A stretch of DNA of 37,360 nt from Octopus bimaculoides (lineage: Eukaryota): contig NC_068987.1 in NCBI RefSeq assembly GCF_001194135.2, positions 34,309,495 through 34,346,854 of the forward strand. The letters are read 5' to 3'. Every line of letters starts with the position of its first letter. Position 1 is the stretch's first letter. The notes beneath the pieces were generated by a model, which worked only from the letters and a program-made list of their open reading frames with translations, searched no databases and was not told the origin of the DNA. A program made the position numbers and the translations under genes. Of the stretch, positions 1 to 10,739 are shown piece by piece.

Positions 1-99
1 TATATTTTACTCTGCAAAGCTCAATTTAATTTCAATTTTTTATAAATTGATTTTAATTGAGCTTTTACCTGTAATTCTGGATTTTGTCCCTAATATGTT

Positions 100-123
100 T
101 ATTATTATTATTATTATTATTAT

Positions 124-192
<69 letters not shown>

Positions 193-301
193 ATGTATAT
201 ATGTATGTATATGTATATATATATATATATTCGGACATCTAGCGAGCTAGCTGGCTAGATAGATAGATAGATAGATAGATACATAGATAGATAGATAGAT
301 A
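100..301. repeat. Compound microsatellite (TTA)n-(TA)n-(TG)n-(TA)n-(TAGA)n
   Basis: Read directly; explains spurious ORF 47..250. Confidence 0.97.
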
Positions 302-574
302 GGTGCATAATAATTTAAAGAAGCAATTTAAAGAAACTGCAGTAAGGAAGAAGACAAAAAGAAGCAGCTTTTTATGCTTTCTGTTGATGTACAAGTCGCA
401 GTCCTTACCCTCCTAATTTCCATAAACAATCAATGGTCTTACTCAATTCAGAATCTATTTTACGTATATATATCTCAGACAATTCTTTATTGTACGCAGC
501 TGCGAAATCTTTTGACACATGAATATGTTATCCGCCATGGAATCTAATATACCTATGAATTAAATAACCCACAC

Positions 575-810
575 GATGATATATATGCGTGTGTTTCTAT
601 GTGTGTATATGTTTCTGTGCGTGCGTGTGTGTGTGTGTGTGTGTGTGCGCATGTTTCTGAGTATTAGCACATATTTGCACATGAACGACTCTCAGTGTGA
701 AAGAGTGTTTTGGTGTGTAGAAACGCAAACACATGTACGCACCGGTGCATACACGCACTCACGTACACAGACGAACGCACACGCACAAGATATATATATA
801 TATATACACA
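575..810. repeat. Degenerate (TG)n/(CA)n/(TA)n low-complexity tract
   Basis: Read directly; source of the VCVC-rich ORFs 576..839 and 692..916. Confidence 0.85.
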
Positions 811-3551
811 CATTAATGTGCATCAGCATTTGTATGTAAAAATCATCACGGGATACACAGATTAGCCGAGAAATTATATAAGAATTACAAATGTCATTAG
901 AGTATGTAGACTGCATTATGCTTATGACTGGGTTTTGTTCGGAAAGAAATATATTTCGCTTAGCTTGCTGAAAGATAGGAATATATTTATCGGTTTAATG
1001 TGGACTGATTTAATCAAAACGGCCTTAATCTAAACACAGAAATACAGACGATGTTTATGCCGAGAAGCCCTATTAGAGCGACGATAATTTTGGCTTCCAT
1101 TTAATTCCATTTTCCTTCATTTCTTTGCCCTTTTATTCTATGATATTATCAGTATCATGAAAAAGTTTATAAAGCATTATATATATTTCGTTTTATCCGC
1201 ACTGATCATGTTTCTCATGTTAGAAAATTGTCTAGTTAGCAAGTATGAGCAAGGTGTTAAGAATGTCTGGTAATGTTGATCAGTTCGAAACTGCTGCATG
1301 ATACACTGCTACAGTACTTCGCGAAAGAGCGTGGCAACAAAGCGAGATTTCTGAATATATTTGAATAGAATTAACTTGAGAAGAAAACGACCCGATGAAT
1401 TCTAGTTTTTAATGAGTGGTAACATAATTATTTCGCTTGGTATATTGAATGATTTTCACTCATTTGATTCTATTGACATCAACTACAGAAGTTATTATAT
1501 CTAGGAGAATATACAAATAATAACAACAGACGAGGACAGGTGGTGTAAATAACAAAAGTATATATTATTATATCTATATCATATTGCGCCTCAACCAATG
1601 ATTTAGTTTTTTCCTTCCGATGCTTTTAGACAATTTTCTAGGCACTAAACTGTTCATTGTTGCTAGGCACTAAACTGTTCAGAAATCATTCATATTTGGC
1701 CTATATTTAATGTTGTATTTTCTTGGTTTCCTGTGCATTAATTTCTATGTACGTGTATAAACAACATATATTTTCACACACATAAACATACATATTGACA
1801 CACTTAAGATATATACATAATACAAAGGTGAATATATATATATATATACATATCTACGTGGGGGTGTGCGTGTCATATCTGTAATATATGAATAAGTAGT
1901 GTATATCGTACAAAATATACTCAGATCTGACGTTTACTCGTAAATTTGATCAAGACATTCATAGAACAATAGAATCGTAGTTCTCTTCGGTTTGGCTTCT
2001 CTGAAATATGTAGAACTAAGAAAAAAAACGTTATCTGTTCATCATTTGTTTTAATTGTTAATTAAAAAGAAGAAAGAAGGAAAGATCGACGATGTGACAA
2101 AATAGCGTGATTCCCGTGCGAATATTCAAACGGTAAATGTGATCAGATTATGAAAGATAATGAAGCTTATTCTATTTGATGTATATGAATTATATGAATA
2201 CTTCAAAGAATATATTTTTATACGCAGAAACGTATATTATGCTATTAATATAATGAATTCGACTGAAATGTGAGTCAATAACAAAGATAACTGAACAGAA
2301 ACAGAAATAATAGTAATATAAGTGATATAAAATTCTTTGAATATTTCTGGCGAAACAATTGCCATTTTTAAAGGAAGGCTATCAAGAACAACACACTATA
2401 TAATTCAATAAGAAGTGTCAGCTACCAACGAAATTTCCATTATAATAATTGTTAGGCGGAGTAAGTTTACCTTAATCAGCAAAATATTTCTAATCCTGTG
2501 TACATATTCAATCTTTTTCGAAGGAATATATTTGATCCACTTCCGGAGGCAAGCAAAAATAAGAAACCTACTAACTATTTTTATGCTATGAGAATATGAA
2601 TTGATACTATGGTATATTTGACATATAGATATATTTTTATAATGCATAAAAGCAAACATTTTGATTTTAAATAATATGTACTAAATAATTCTACACAAAA
2701 CGTGTTTGTGGCATAGTACTATGTTGCTTTCATGCGGTACACCTTTAGTAAAACTTTCCTCGTATCATAACTCATAAGTAAATCATAAAAATGTCGAAAA
2801 TACTTTTTAAGTATTAGTAGAGAGATACGGATAATACTTTCAGTAGTAATATACATACCATCAAAACAATGAGTAAAGAAAAGTAATCCAATAACATGGA
2901 TTTAGATATTTCTGGTGTGCAGAATGATGCACACAAGGATACTAAGTTAAATGATTAATTTGAGGAAAGAAAGCAAGGAAAATCGTATTAGTAATTGTTG
3001 TTTCTCATCAAAAAGAAAATAATTTCTTAATATGTAAGAAATTTACTTCTGTCTGGCATTCGGAAAATTAAATATTGAAGTAATTGTTAGTGATTCTAAA
3101 TGAAGACGTAAAGATAATTTCAAGAACTGCCTAATATATTTCTCGAGTTAATTTACATGTTAAAGAAAATACAGTCACAAAATTGTTGCTGCAAGGGACA
3201 ATGATTTGTTGGCCAAAATGGCCACTGCAGTATTGGAGAATCAAAGCTAGCCGGAGGAAATCTTCCAAAACTTAATTTATAGCGAACGTTGTTTAGTATA
3301 ACATACAGTAATGAAGTAATCCAAGTTAATATAATTATGCCATTTAGTTATTCCTCAGAGCACTTTTTAACTAATTATGCAATTGAATATTGGTGAGAGC
3401 ACGTAACACGTGTTCTAGAAATAATGATTCCTCATCACCCGTATAGCTGAAGTGGTATTGCCTAGGACTGCTTCTGAAAAAAAAGAGTGTTTCAATCTCT
3501 GATCATTCAATACGCCAATTATAATGATAAGCGGTTGTTCTATTTCACTTC

Positions 3552-3628
<77 letters not shown>
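3552..3628 (-). repeat. (TAA)n array ((ATT)n on +), tail/target of RLE element E1
   Basis: Perfect trinucleotide run abutting the 3' end of the minus-strand RLE fragment. Confidence 0.97.
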
Positions 3629-4145
3629 GTTCTCTTTATAACAGGTATTGTTGGAGCTCCTGGACTCTTACATGCTTTGCGGGCTTGCTACATTCAGCCT
3701 ACGGTACCATGCTATCCTTTCTTTTCAGCTATCTAATAACTTCCTGATTATACTGTCCGTGCCAAGGAGACAAAACATTTGTAACAGTTCTACTGGGAAA
3801 TGTATTCCAATATCCTTTATATTATCCTACATGACTTCTGATACTATTCTCCATGACCCAACAATAATTGGCACTATCTTCACCTTCTTCATTTTTCAGT
3901 GACTATTTCGTACTTAAGATGGTTATATTTACCTAATAGTTTGCCTTACTTCTTGACTATTCGTAAGTCAAAGGCGTATGCAACATTAACTGTATAGCAC
4001 ATGTGGTGCACTTTGTCCACGACCACTATGTCCGCTCTGTTATACTCTAGCACCCGACCTCTTTGTATTAGGAAATCCCAGAGGGATTTGCTAATCTCCG
4101 ACTCTGCCACTCTCTGTGGTTTGTGCTCACACCACATCTTGTCTC
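3629..4145 (-). mobile_element. E1: 5'-truncated R4/Dong-like non-LTR retrotransposon (RLE domain, ORF end, 3'UTR), decayed
   Basis: ORF 3946..4137 gives WCEHKPQRVAES..LWDFLIQRGRVLEYNRADIVVVDK, the RLE W-EH-P...LWDF...RPDIVV motif. Manual translation downstream gives VKIVPIIVGSW...ELLQMFCLLGTDSIIRKLLDS*, a typical ORF end, followed by the TAA tail. Confidence 0.88.
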
Positions 4146-4186
4146 TGTCTTGTTATAATAATAATAATAATAATTATTATTATTAT

Positions 4187-6790
4187 CATTTTATTGTCTT
4201 TGCACAGCGTCTCAGGCTGGAGATTTACTACTGTGTCAGCTGTTCAATGTAATGTAATACTTCTTATTTTTCGATCACCATCCGGAGTAATCCAGCGGTC
4301 CCAAGCAGTGCTGTTTTCTACAAGTGGTCCACCCATACTGCAGCCACTATTTGTTCAATGTACCGATCAAGATTTTTTACTTACTGTTCCCAGGGCTACG
4401 TTATTTATTGGTATTACTACCACCTTTTCACCGACTACAACTGCTTAACCTGCCAAGCTAACCTATCATATCTATGAACTTTTCTTTCCTCCTTATCGCA
4501 TACCTTTTTATCAGTTTACTTTCTTTCTCAATTAACACAATATCTGGTTTCCTAATCTCTATCCCATGGTTGCACTGAATCATGAAATCCCATAGTATCT
4601 TAGTTTTATCATTTTCGATGATACCTTCGAGTCTACGCTCGTACCAATCTTTGGCTCTGTCAAGTCCATACTTGAGCAAAGTGTCCAATGGATAATCCTT
4701 GCTATATTGTCATGACTCTCTTATATTCTTTCTGCACTTATCTCTTTCTGATGTGGTGTCTATTCTGTATTTGATGTAATTGGTTCTTAATGCTTGCCCT
4801 TGGTAGCACAGATTATAGCTTCATTTTCCGGTTTTAAATAATTTTAGTCATCCATAGCCATCTCTCTTCTCTGCCTCTCTTATCTTCCACATCCCTTTGA
4901 CATTTGACATGAATTCGTTTCTTTATCCACCTATTTTCAGTTTCATTATTTCTGAAATGCCTGTACAATGATTTATCTTTGCAATCTTCATCCTACACAA
5001 ACCTGAGCTTCTTACTTCCAATATTAATGATTCTGTGGTATTTTTTACATCTCATGCTATGTTGTTTTCTTCTTCAATGTTGTGTTCGCATCAAGTAAAT
5101 CCTCTTCCCCATCTTTTTCTTGGTACATACAATCTGGTTTTATCACTTTTTGTGTGGAGTACCCCATATCTAGTCAGCAACTTCCCTATCTTTCTCTCTA
5201 AACTATGTTTTTCGTTGACCGTCCATACGATTACCAATGCTCCATACTTACGGAGTGAAAATGCCCAGGTATTGATGGTTTCAATCTTAGTCTGTCCGTT
5301 TAATTTCGACTTAACAATCAGTCTCAGTCTGTGCAAGTACTCCACCTTAAATTTCTCTGTCATTTCTTTCTCCATCAGTTGATCTATTTCCAGTATCCCC
5401 AAGTACTTATAGTCTGCCACTTCGATATATTTCATAACTTCCCACGACGGTATCCCTAGCCCGTCCATACCTTTGATTTTGCCTCTCTTCAATACTAACA
5501 CATCACACTTTATCAGTCCGAACACCATTCTGGTTTCAACAATGAAAGTATGCACCGTATCAACGAGAGTACGGACTTGGGCTTCATCTTCACCATAAAG
5601 TTTGAGGTCATCCATGAATAACAAGTGATACATTTTTTGTTGGCGGCTCGTAAATACATAACTGGCCTTTGCTTTCCTCTTATCATGCATAGTACAAAGA
5701 TCAGTGGGGAGAGTCATTCTCTTTGGAAGTTGCTTCTCGTGATTTCTATTGTCCATAAACGTCCTCCATATACTGTCAGTTCAGTCCTCCACTTCACCAT
5801 ACATTATGCAAGCAATCACTCAACATTCAATGCAATACCAAATAGGCTCACACATAGCATGATCCAAGAATGTGGGCTCATATCGTACGCCTAACGATAA
5901 TCAATCCATCACATGGCTAAGTTAGTTTTCCTCATCTTGCAGTCTCTAAGTACCTCTGCATTTACGCTTGCAGCCCTTCTGCTCATGTGGCAGGAGTCTA
6001 TTTTTTCCAGATTTCCGTACATTGACGCTGCGAGTATTCCAGTCAATAAATTCCATATAATTGGCAAGCAAGATATCGGCCTGTAAGTTTCTACTGTATC
6101 GCCTTTCTCGATGAGTTTCAAGCACAGCAGTGCACTACTGATTGTCAACCAATCTAGTGTTAGTTTGTCGGCATTTTGCAAGGGGTTGAGTTGTGCAGCT
6201 AATCGGGCATAACATCTACTAAATCTTTTGATCCAGTAGCCTTGAAGTCCATCTGGTCCCGGGGCCTTCCAGTTGCCCATTATTTGCTGATATCCTTCAC
6301 TTCCCTAACTGAAATGAATAATTCTGTCTGTTTTGGACAGATTACTGTTTGTTTCTGTTCTTGCAACCATTCAGCATCCTTGTTGTGCTCCTTATCTTTG
6401 CTCCAGATGTCACTACGAAACATTTGACGTTCAATGATATCTGGTATCAACTTTTCATCTGTTCTATTTCCATTTATTTCTTTATAGAATCTCTTGGAAT
6501 CTACTCTGAATAATCTATTCTCCTTGTATCCATGCCAACTTTGCCTTCTTGGCAAGAAGGCGCTGTTTCGGTTCCTGCATTACCGCTTTCAGGCCTTTTC
6601 TTTTAATACTTACTGTTCAGAGCCCTGTAATTTTGTTCGATTTTAAGCTCCACCTATTCTTTTCAGTCTAACACAGAAATGTCCTTCGAGAGCATATCTA
6701 ATTCTGCCTGTAATCTTCTTTTCCACCATGGAGCATTACTCTTGCCACTCCCATTATATTTCTTTCTCTTGACATCGACACCCAAACAAA
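4187..6790 (-). mobile_element. E2: R4/Dong-like retrotransposon family A, ~2.6 kb, 5'-truncated, frameshifted (RT + RLE + 3'UTR)
   Basis: Motifs in order on minus: PWWKRRLQAEL (~6730), ENRLFRVDSKRFYKEING (6280..6555), NWKAPGPDGLQGYWIK and YRPISCLP (5909..6280), HLLFMDDLKLYG and YKYLGILE (5091..5756), KILWDFMIQCNHGIEIRKPDIVLIEK (4458..4688), KTALLGTAGLLR at the ORF end, then 3'UTR and TAA. Confidence 0.95.
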
Positions 6791-6905
6791 AAGAAAATAA
6801 TAATAATTCCCATTTTTTTTCTATTGAACCAACAAATGTGAATTATTATTATTAGTCAACTATAAAACCAATTTAGTAATCGATTGTTTGATTAATCGTT
6901 CGGTC

Positions 6906-6972
6906 AGTTCCGGTGGGAATCGAACTCACCACCTTGCGATCCTGAGCCGATTACGCTACCTACTACAGCACA
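6906..6972 (-). pseudogene. tRNA-derived relic (elongator tRNA-Met-like); SINE head or tRNA pseudogene
   Basis: Minus strand reads AGTAGGTAGCGTAATCGGCTCAGGATCGCAAGGTGGTGAGTTCGATTCCCACCGG. It is collinear with recalled metazoan elongator tRNA-Met (AGTAGGTAGCG..CTCATAA..AAGGTCGTGAGTTCGATCCTCAC). B-box and T-arm are retained; the acceptor and anticodon stems do not pair, so it is not a functional tRNA. Confidence 0.7.
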
Positions 6973-7705
6973 TGTTTTCACGGATATTTAATACAGAGTA
7001 GCTTTACATGCATGGTAATTTTGCGTTACAATCAAGAATAAAAATAGCGTGTCTCATACACCAGCATATTTCTTATGTAGTTCTATATCCTTTCTGTGTA
7101 CATGTGAGGTATGGATCAGTGGGAGAGAAATGCCCTGTTCTATGTTTCTTTCAGCTACAAGGATGAAAGTTGAAGAGATACATTAAGCTGAAATGTGATC
7201 GTTAACGTCCTCAAAATAAGTAAAAACACTAGACTTCAATATCTATATACGCACGCATATGCAAGCTCACAGTGTGTTCAAAGAACGGCAAATAAACTCA
7301 TCATAAAATAAATAAATTAATTAACGCTTAAACACTCACACCATTCATAGATCCCCCATCTTCACTAACTCACGCACACGCGCATGTGTGCAGGCTTACG
7401 CGCTCTCTCTCTCTCTTTCTCTCTCTCTATCTCTATCTCCCTCTCATCACAAGTATCTATAAACATAGACCTAGAATATGTAAACCGGGCAACAAACATT
7501 TCCAAAGCAGACCTAAGTTAAAAAGATAAGTTCATCTCCGATGTCGCAGATGATGAAACAACTCACGAAATTAGCTGATTGATTGACTGACTGATCGAAT
7601 GATTAATCGATTGGTTAATCGATTAATTAAGTGAGATTGACCGAAAGATAACTTAATTGGTTACATAGTTAACTATTTGACTAAGGACGACGACAACAAC
7701 AACCA

Positions 7706-7722
7706 CAATAATAATAACGATA

Positions 7723-7760
<38 letters not shown>
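7706..7760 (+). repeat. (AAT)n grading into (GAT)n microsatellite
   Basis: Read directly; immediately precedes E3. Confidence 0.95.
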
Positions 7761-7761
<1 letters not shown>

Positions 7762-8962
7762 TCATTAAAAGAATGAATTCAAGAGCAGTACCGGTAATCA
7801 GATATGGAATTCGAAATGTAGATGGAGTCTAAAACGACACAGAATCTTCTCAGAAAGAAAAAAACTAGAAAGCTGTTGACAATGTATGGAATCTTCCATT
7901 CAAAAGCTGATATCAATATGTAGAGAGATCCAGGTGAAAGATGATCAGTTGCTGTGGTAAAGTGTGTACAGATGAAAATATATATTTAAAAATAAAAATA
8001 CTAGAGAATTTACAGAAAGCACAGAGAAATGAATAAAGACGGTGAATAAGAAACAGGTATTCAAAGGTGGAAGGACAAGAATGAAATTCAAAGAGAGCAT
8101 AGCAAACAGGTTGTAGAGAATATTTGCATGGTTAATTTTGGAAAGTCACTCAGGATGTATGTGGAACCAAATTCTGGGCTTGGTTAAGAAAAGCACAATT
8201 AAAAAGTAATAGTAAGCTTAATCATAGCTGCTAAAGATCAAAAGATACAAGCAAACAATTTGAGAAAATATACGTATGGGTAGACGGTGTCAGAAAAATA
8301 TAGAGTCTCTGGAATTTGGAAGGAGACAGTGATAAACAGTGTTGCAAAATGTTCCAAGCTGACACTGGGAGAATACACAAAATAGAGGAATGAAGAAGTT
8401 TTGAAAGTCTTACGCTGGCAGCCTTATCAGAAATGAAAATTTGAAGCTGGTGGTACATGGTGTGGTCATCGGGTCGAAAGAGTGTTGGATTCACAGGAAC
8501 GCAAAATTCGATGGCATTTTTCGTTTGAAACGGATACGAAGATACAAAATTATAATCGAGACAAAACGATAATAGAAAAGGAAAAGCGAAGTTGCTTATT
8601 CATCATTCATGCTCGTTTCACCCCAGGATCTTAAAGAAAAACGATGAGAAGCAAAGCACGTATAATCCCTTAAAAATTTGATGTACAAGAATTTGGAGTA
8701 TAAAAATGTAAAGGTTGTTCCTGTAATAATTGATACATTGGGAACTGAAAGTAAAGTTATAGACAAATGATGGAAAGAGGCTGGAATATAATGACGTTCA
8801 GAGCATCTACAGAAAGTTTGTCTCTTAGGGTAGTAATGATTATCTGGAGGGCTTAAGCACTTGAAAGGCTATTGAAGGCTTGTGGATAATTCACATTAGA
8901 AGTCGTAACCTGCTACCCTCATAAAATCTACGAGGAATAAGAAGGAACCTCAGACAAATTAC
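7761..8962 (+). mobile_element. E3: old, heavily decayed R4/Dong-like 3' half
   Basis: Manual frame-hopping translation gives VIKRMNSRAVPVIRYG, KTRKLLTMYGIFHSKADI, KIRWHFSFETDTKIQNYNRDKTIIEKEKRSC, VKVVPVIIDTLGT and EHLQKVCLLG, followed by an AAT/GAT array. Confidence 0.82.
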
Positions 8963-8964
8963 TA

Positions 8965-9016
8965 ACAATAATAATGATAATAATAATGATGATGATGATG
9001 ATGATGATGATGGTGG
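8965..9016 (+). repeat. (AAT)/(GAT)n array running into assembly gap
   Basis: Read directly. Confidence 0.95.
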
Positions 9017-9496
9017 NNNNNNNNNNNNNNNNNNNNNNNNNNNNNNNNNNNNNNNNNNNNNNNNNNNNNNNNNNNNNNNNNNNNNNNNNNNNNNNNNNNN
9101 NNNNNNNNNNNNNNNNNNNNNNNNNNNNNNNNNNNNNNNNNNNNNNNNNNNNNNNNNNNNNNNNNNNNNNNNNNNNNNNNNNNNNNNNNNNNNNNNNNNN
9201 NNNNNNNNNNNNNNNNNNNNNNNNNNNNNNNNNNNNNNNNNNNNNNNNNNNNNNNNNNNNNNNNNNNNNNNNNNNNNNNNNNNNNNNNNNNNNNNNNNNN
9301 NNNNNNNNNNNNNNNNNNNNNNNNNNNNNNNNNNNNNNNNNNNNNNNNNNNNNNNNNNNNNNNNNNNNNNNNNNNNNNNNNNNNNNNNNNNNNNNNNNNN
9401 NNNNNNNNNNNNNNNNNNNNNNNNNNNNNNNNNNNNNNNNNNNNNNNNNNNNNNNNNNNNNNNNNNNNNNNNNNNNNNNNNNNNNNNNNNNNNNNN
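9017..9496. other. Assembly gap (480 N)
   Basis: Run of N. Confidence 1.
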
Positions 9497-9552
9497 ATCG
9501 TGCAGTTACTGTTAATACTTCATTTAGAGAATTAACAATAATAATAATAATT

Positions 9553-9840
9553 GTAAGCATGCCAAGCTGACAATAAGGTATGCGATAAGCTTGGGAAGTT
9601 AAGCACTTGTGGTCACTGAAAAAGAAACCATGGGAACAGTGGGTAAAATCTTGAGAAGTACATGGAACACATAGGGGCTGCAATAAGGCTGGAACACATA
9701 CAGAAAACAGCACTGCTTGCATCCGCTCGAATACGCCAGAGGGTGCTCGAAAAGGAGTGGTACATTAGTTCACAGGTAGTGAACAGCTGACACCGTAGTA
9801 CATCTTCAGCGTTAGAAGCTGTGCAAAGATAATAAAATAA
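9553..9840 (+). mobile_element. E4: short 5'-truncated copy of R4/Dong-like family A (ORF end + 3'UTR)
   Basis: LEKYMEHIGAAIRLEHIQKTALLASARIRQRVLEK. The 3'UTR gaacagctgacaccgtagtacatcttcagcgttagaagctgtgcaaagataataaa matches the reverse complement of the E2 3' end (4190-4245). Preceded by a short TAA run. Confidence 0.9.
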
Positions 9841-10046
9841 TTATTTTACTTCAACCGCAGTAGTTTTCGGTGGGAGAGGATAGTTGATTACATCAGCCCC
9901 AGCGTTCCATTTGTACTTAATATATCGACGCCGGAAGGATGAAGGCAAAATCAGCCTCGGCGGAATTTGAACTGAGAATGTATCGGCGGGCAAAATACTA
10001 TTAAGCATTTCGTCCATCGTGCTTACCGTTCTGCCAGCTCGCCGTC
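9841..10046 (-). mobile_element. tRNA-derived SINE with Meta-domain-like core (Octopus-type SINE)
   Basis: Minus strand has an A-box-like GGCGAGCTGGCAGAACGGTAAGC and B-box CAGTTCAAATTCC. The core GCCGAGGCTGATTTTGCCTTCATCCTTCCGGCGTCGATATATTAAGTAC resembles the recalled MetaSINE central domain and an abundant octopus SINE. Confidence 0.8.
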
Positions 10047-10064
10047 TTAATAATATTAATAAAA

Positions 10065-10180
10065 ATGGACGTACATTAAGAAGCTCTTTCCACAAAACAA
10101 ACTTAATCCAATAACTGCTAAATAACAACATGGACGTACACTAAGAAGATCTCTCCACAAAGCAAACTTAATCAAATAAC
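10065..10180 (+). repeat. Imperfect ~51 bp direct duplication (10065-10115 / 10130-10180)
   Basis: atggacgtacattaagaagctctttccacaaaacaaacttaatccaataac vs atggacgtacactaagaagatctctccacaaagcaaacttaatcaaataac. Confidence 0.9.
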
Positions 10181-10739
10181 ATCGGTGTGATGAAAGGAAA
10201 ACTTCGCAATACAACTGTAGGAAAAGTTCTGCTAAAGCAAAGGAACTAAAACTGAGGTAAGATTTTTGTTATATAAAATGTATGTCCATTTTGAAATGCG
10301 CGGTATCTCAATATGACATACGCGAGAGGTTGAAAGCAGAACCAGGATAAATAGAAGAGCAATACTTATACGATAAGTACATAAACTGAATAATTACCTT
10401 TACAAGCAGCTGTCCATACATTCGTGTGCACATGTTGATATTCATAAGCAACATAAATAATGCCTACATGGCACACACGACACACACAGAAGATAAAAGG
10501 AAAACACGTGTTACGAGTGACGCCGAGCCAAACAAAATTATAGTGTCTTCCCACAAACGAAGGAAAAGAAAAAGAATCAAATTAATTACTCAGTTTAAAA
10601 CATCACTAAACAGGTATGGCCGGAAACATGGCTGCCAAAAAATAGAGGCGATTTCTGATCCATCATCCTACGATATGAGAATTATATCGATTCCAAAACA
10701 AGGAATCGGTGCCATGTCAAATGGTCAACCCTGAACAAA

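Noticed and set aside
47-916. ORFs rich in I/Y/VC/HT (also at 3487-3747, 20043-20820, 21370-22462, 24728-25086, 26040-26627, 30892-31116, 34379-34591)
   Set aside because: Translations of microsatellites, not coding.
2405-3300. Possible coding relic (e.g. FQELPNIFLELIYMLKK, KIVAARDNDLLAKMATAVLE, hydrophobic 60-aa frame at 2412-2592)
   Set aside because: Short, stop-bounded, no recognisable family motif or splice structure; compatible with random AT-rich DNA.
6906-6972. Functional tRNA gene (apparent CAG anticodon)
   Set aside because: Acceptor and anticodon stems do not pair; treated as a relic.
10250-10265. Consensus-like splice donor GAG|GTAAGA (and acceptor-like tract ending at 24405)
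   Set aside because: No partner splice site or convincing exon frame; such motifs are frequent by chance.
10426-10734. 102-aa basic ORF upstream of E5
   Set aside because: No recognisable domain; may be E5 5' sequence or chance.
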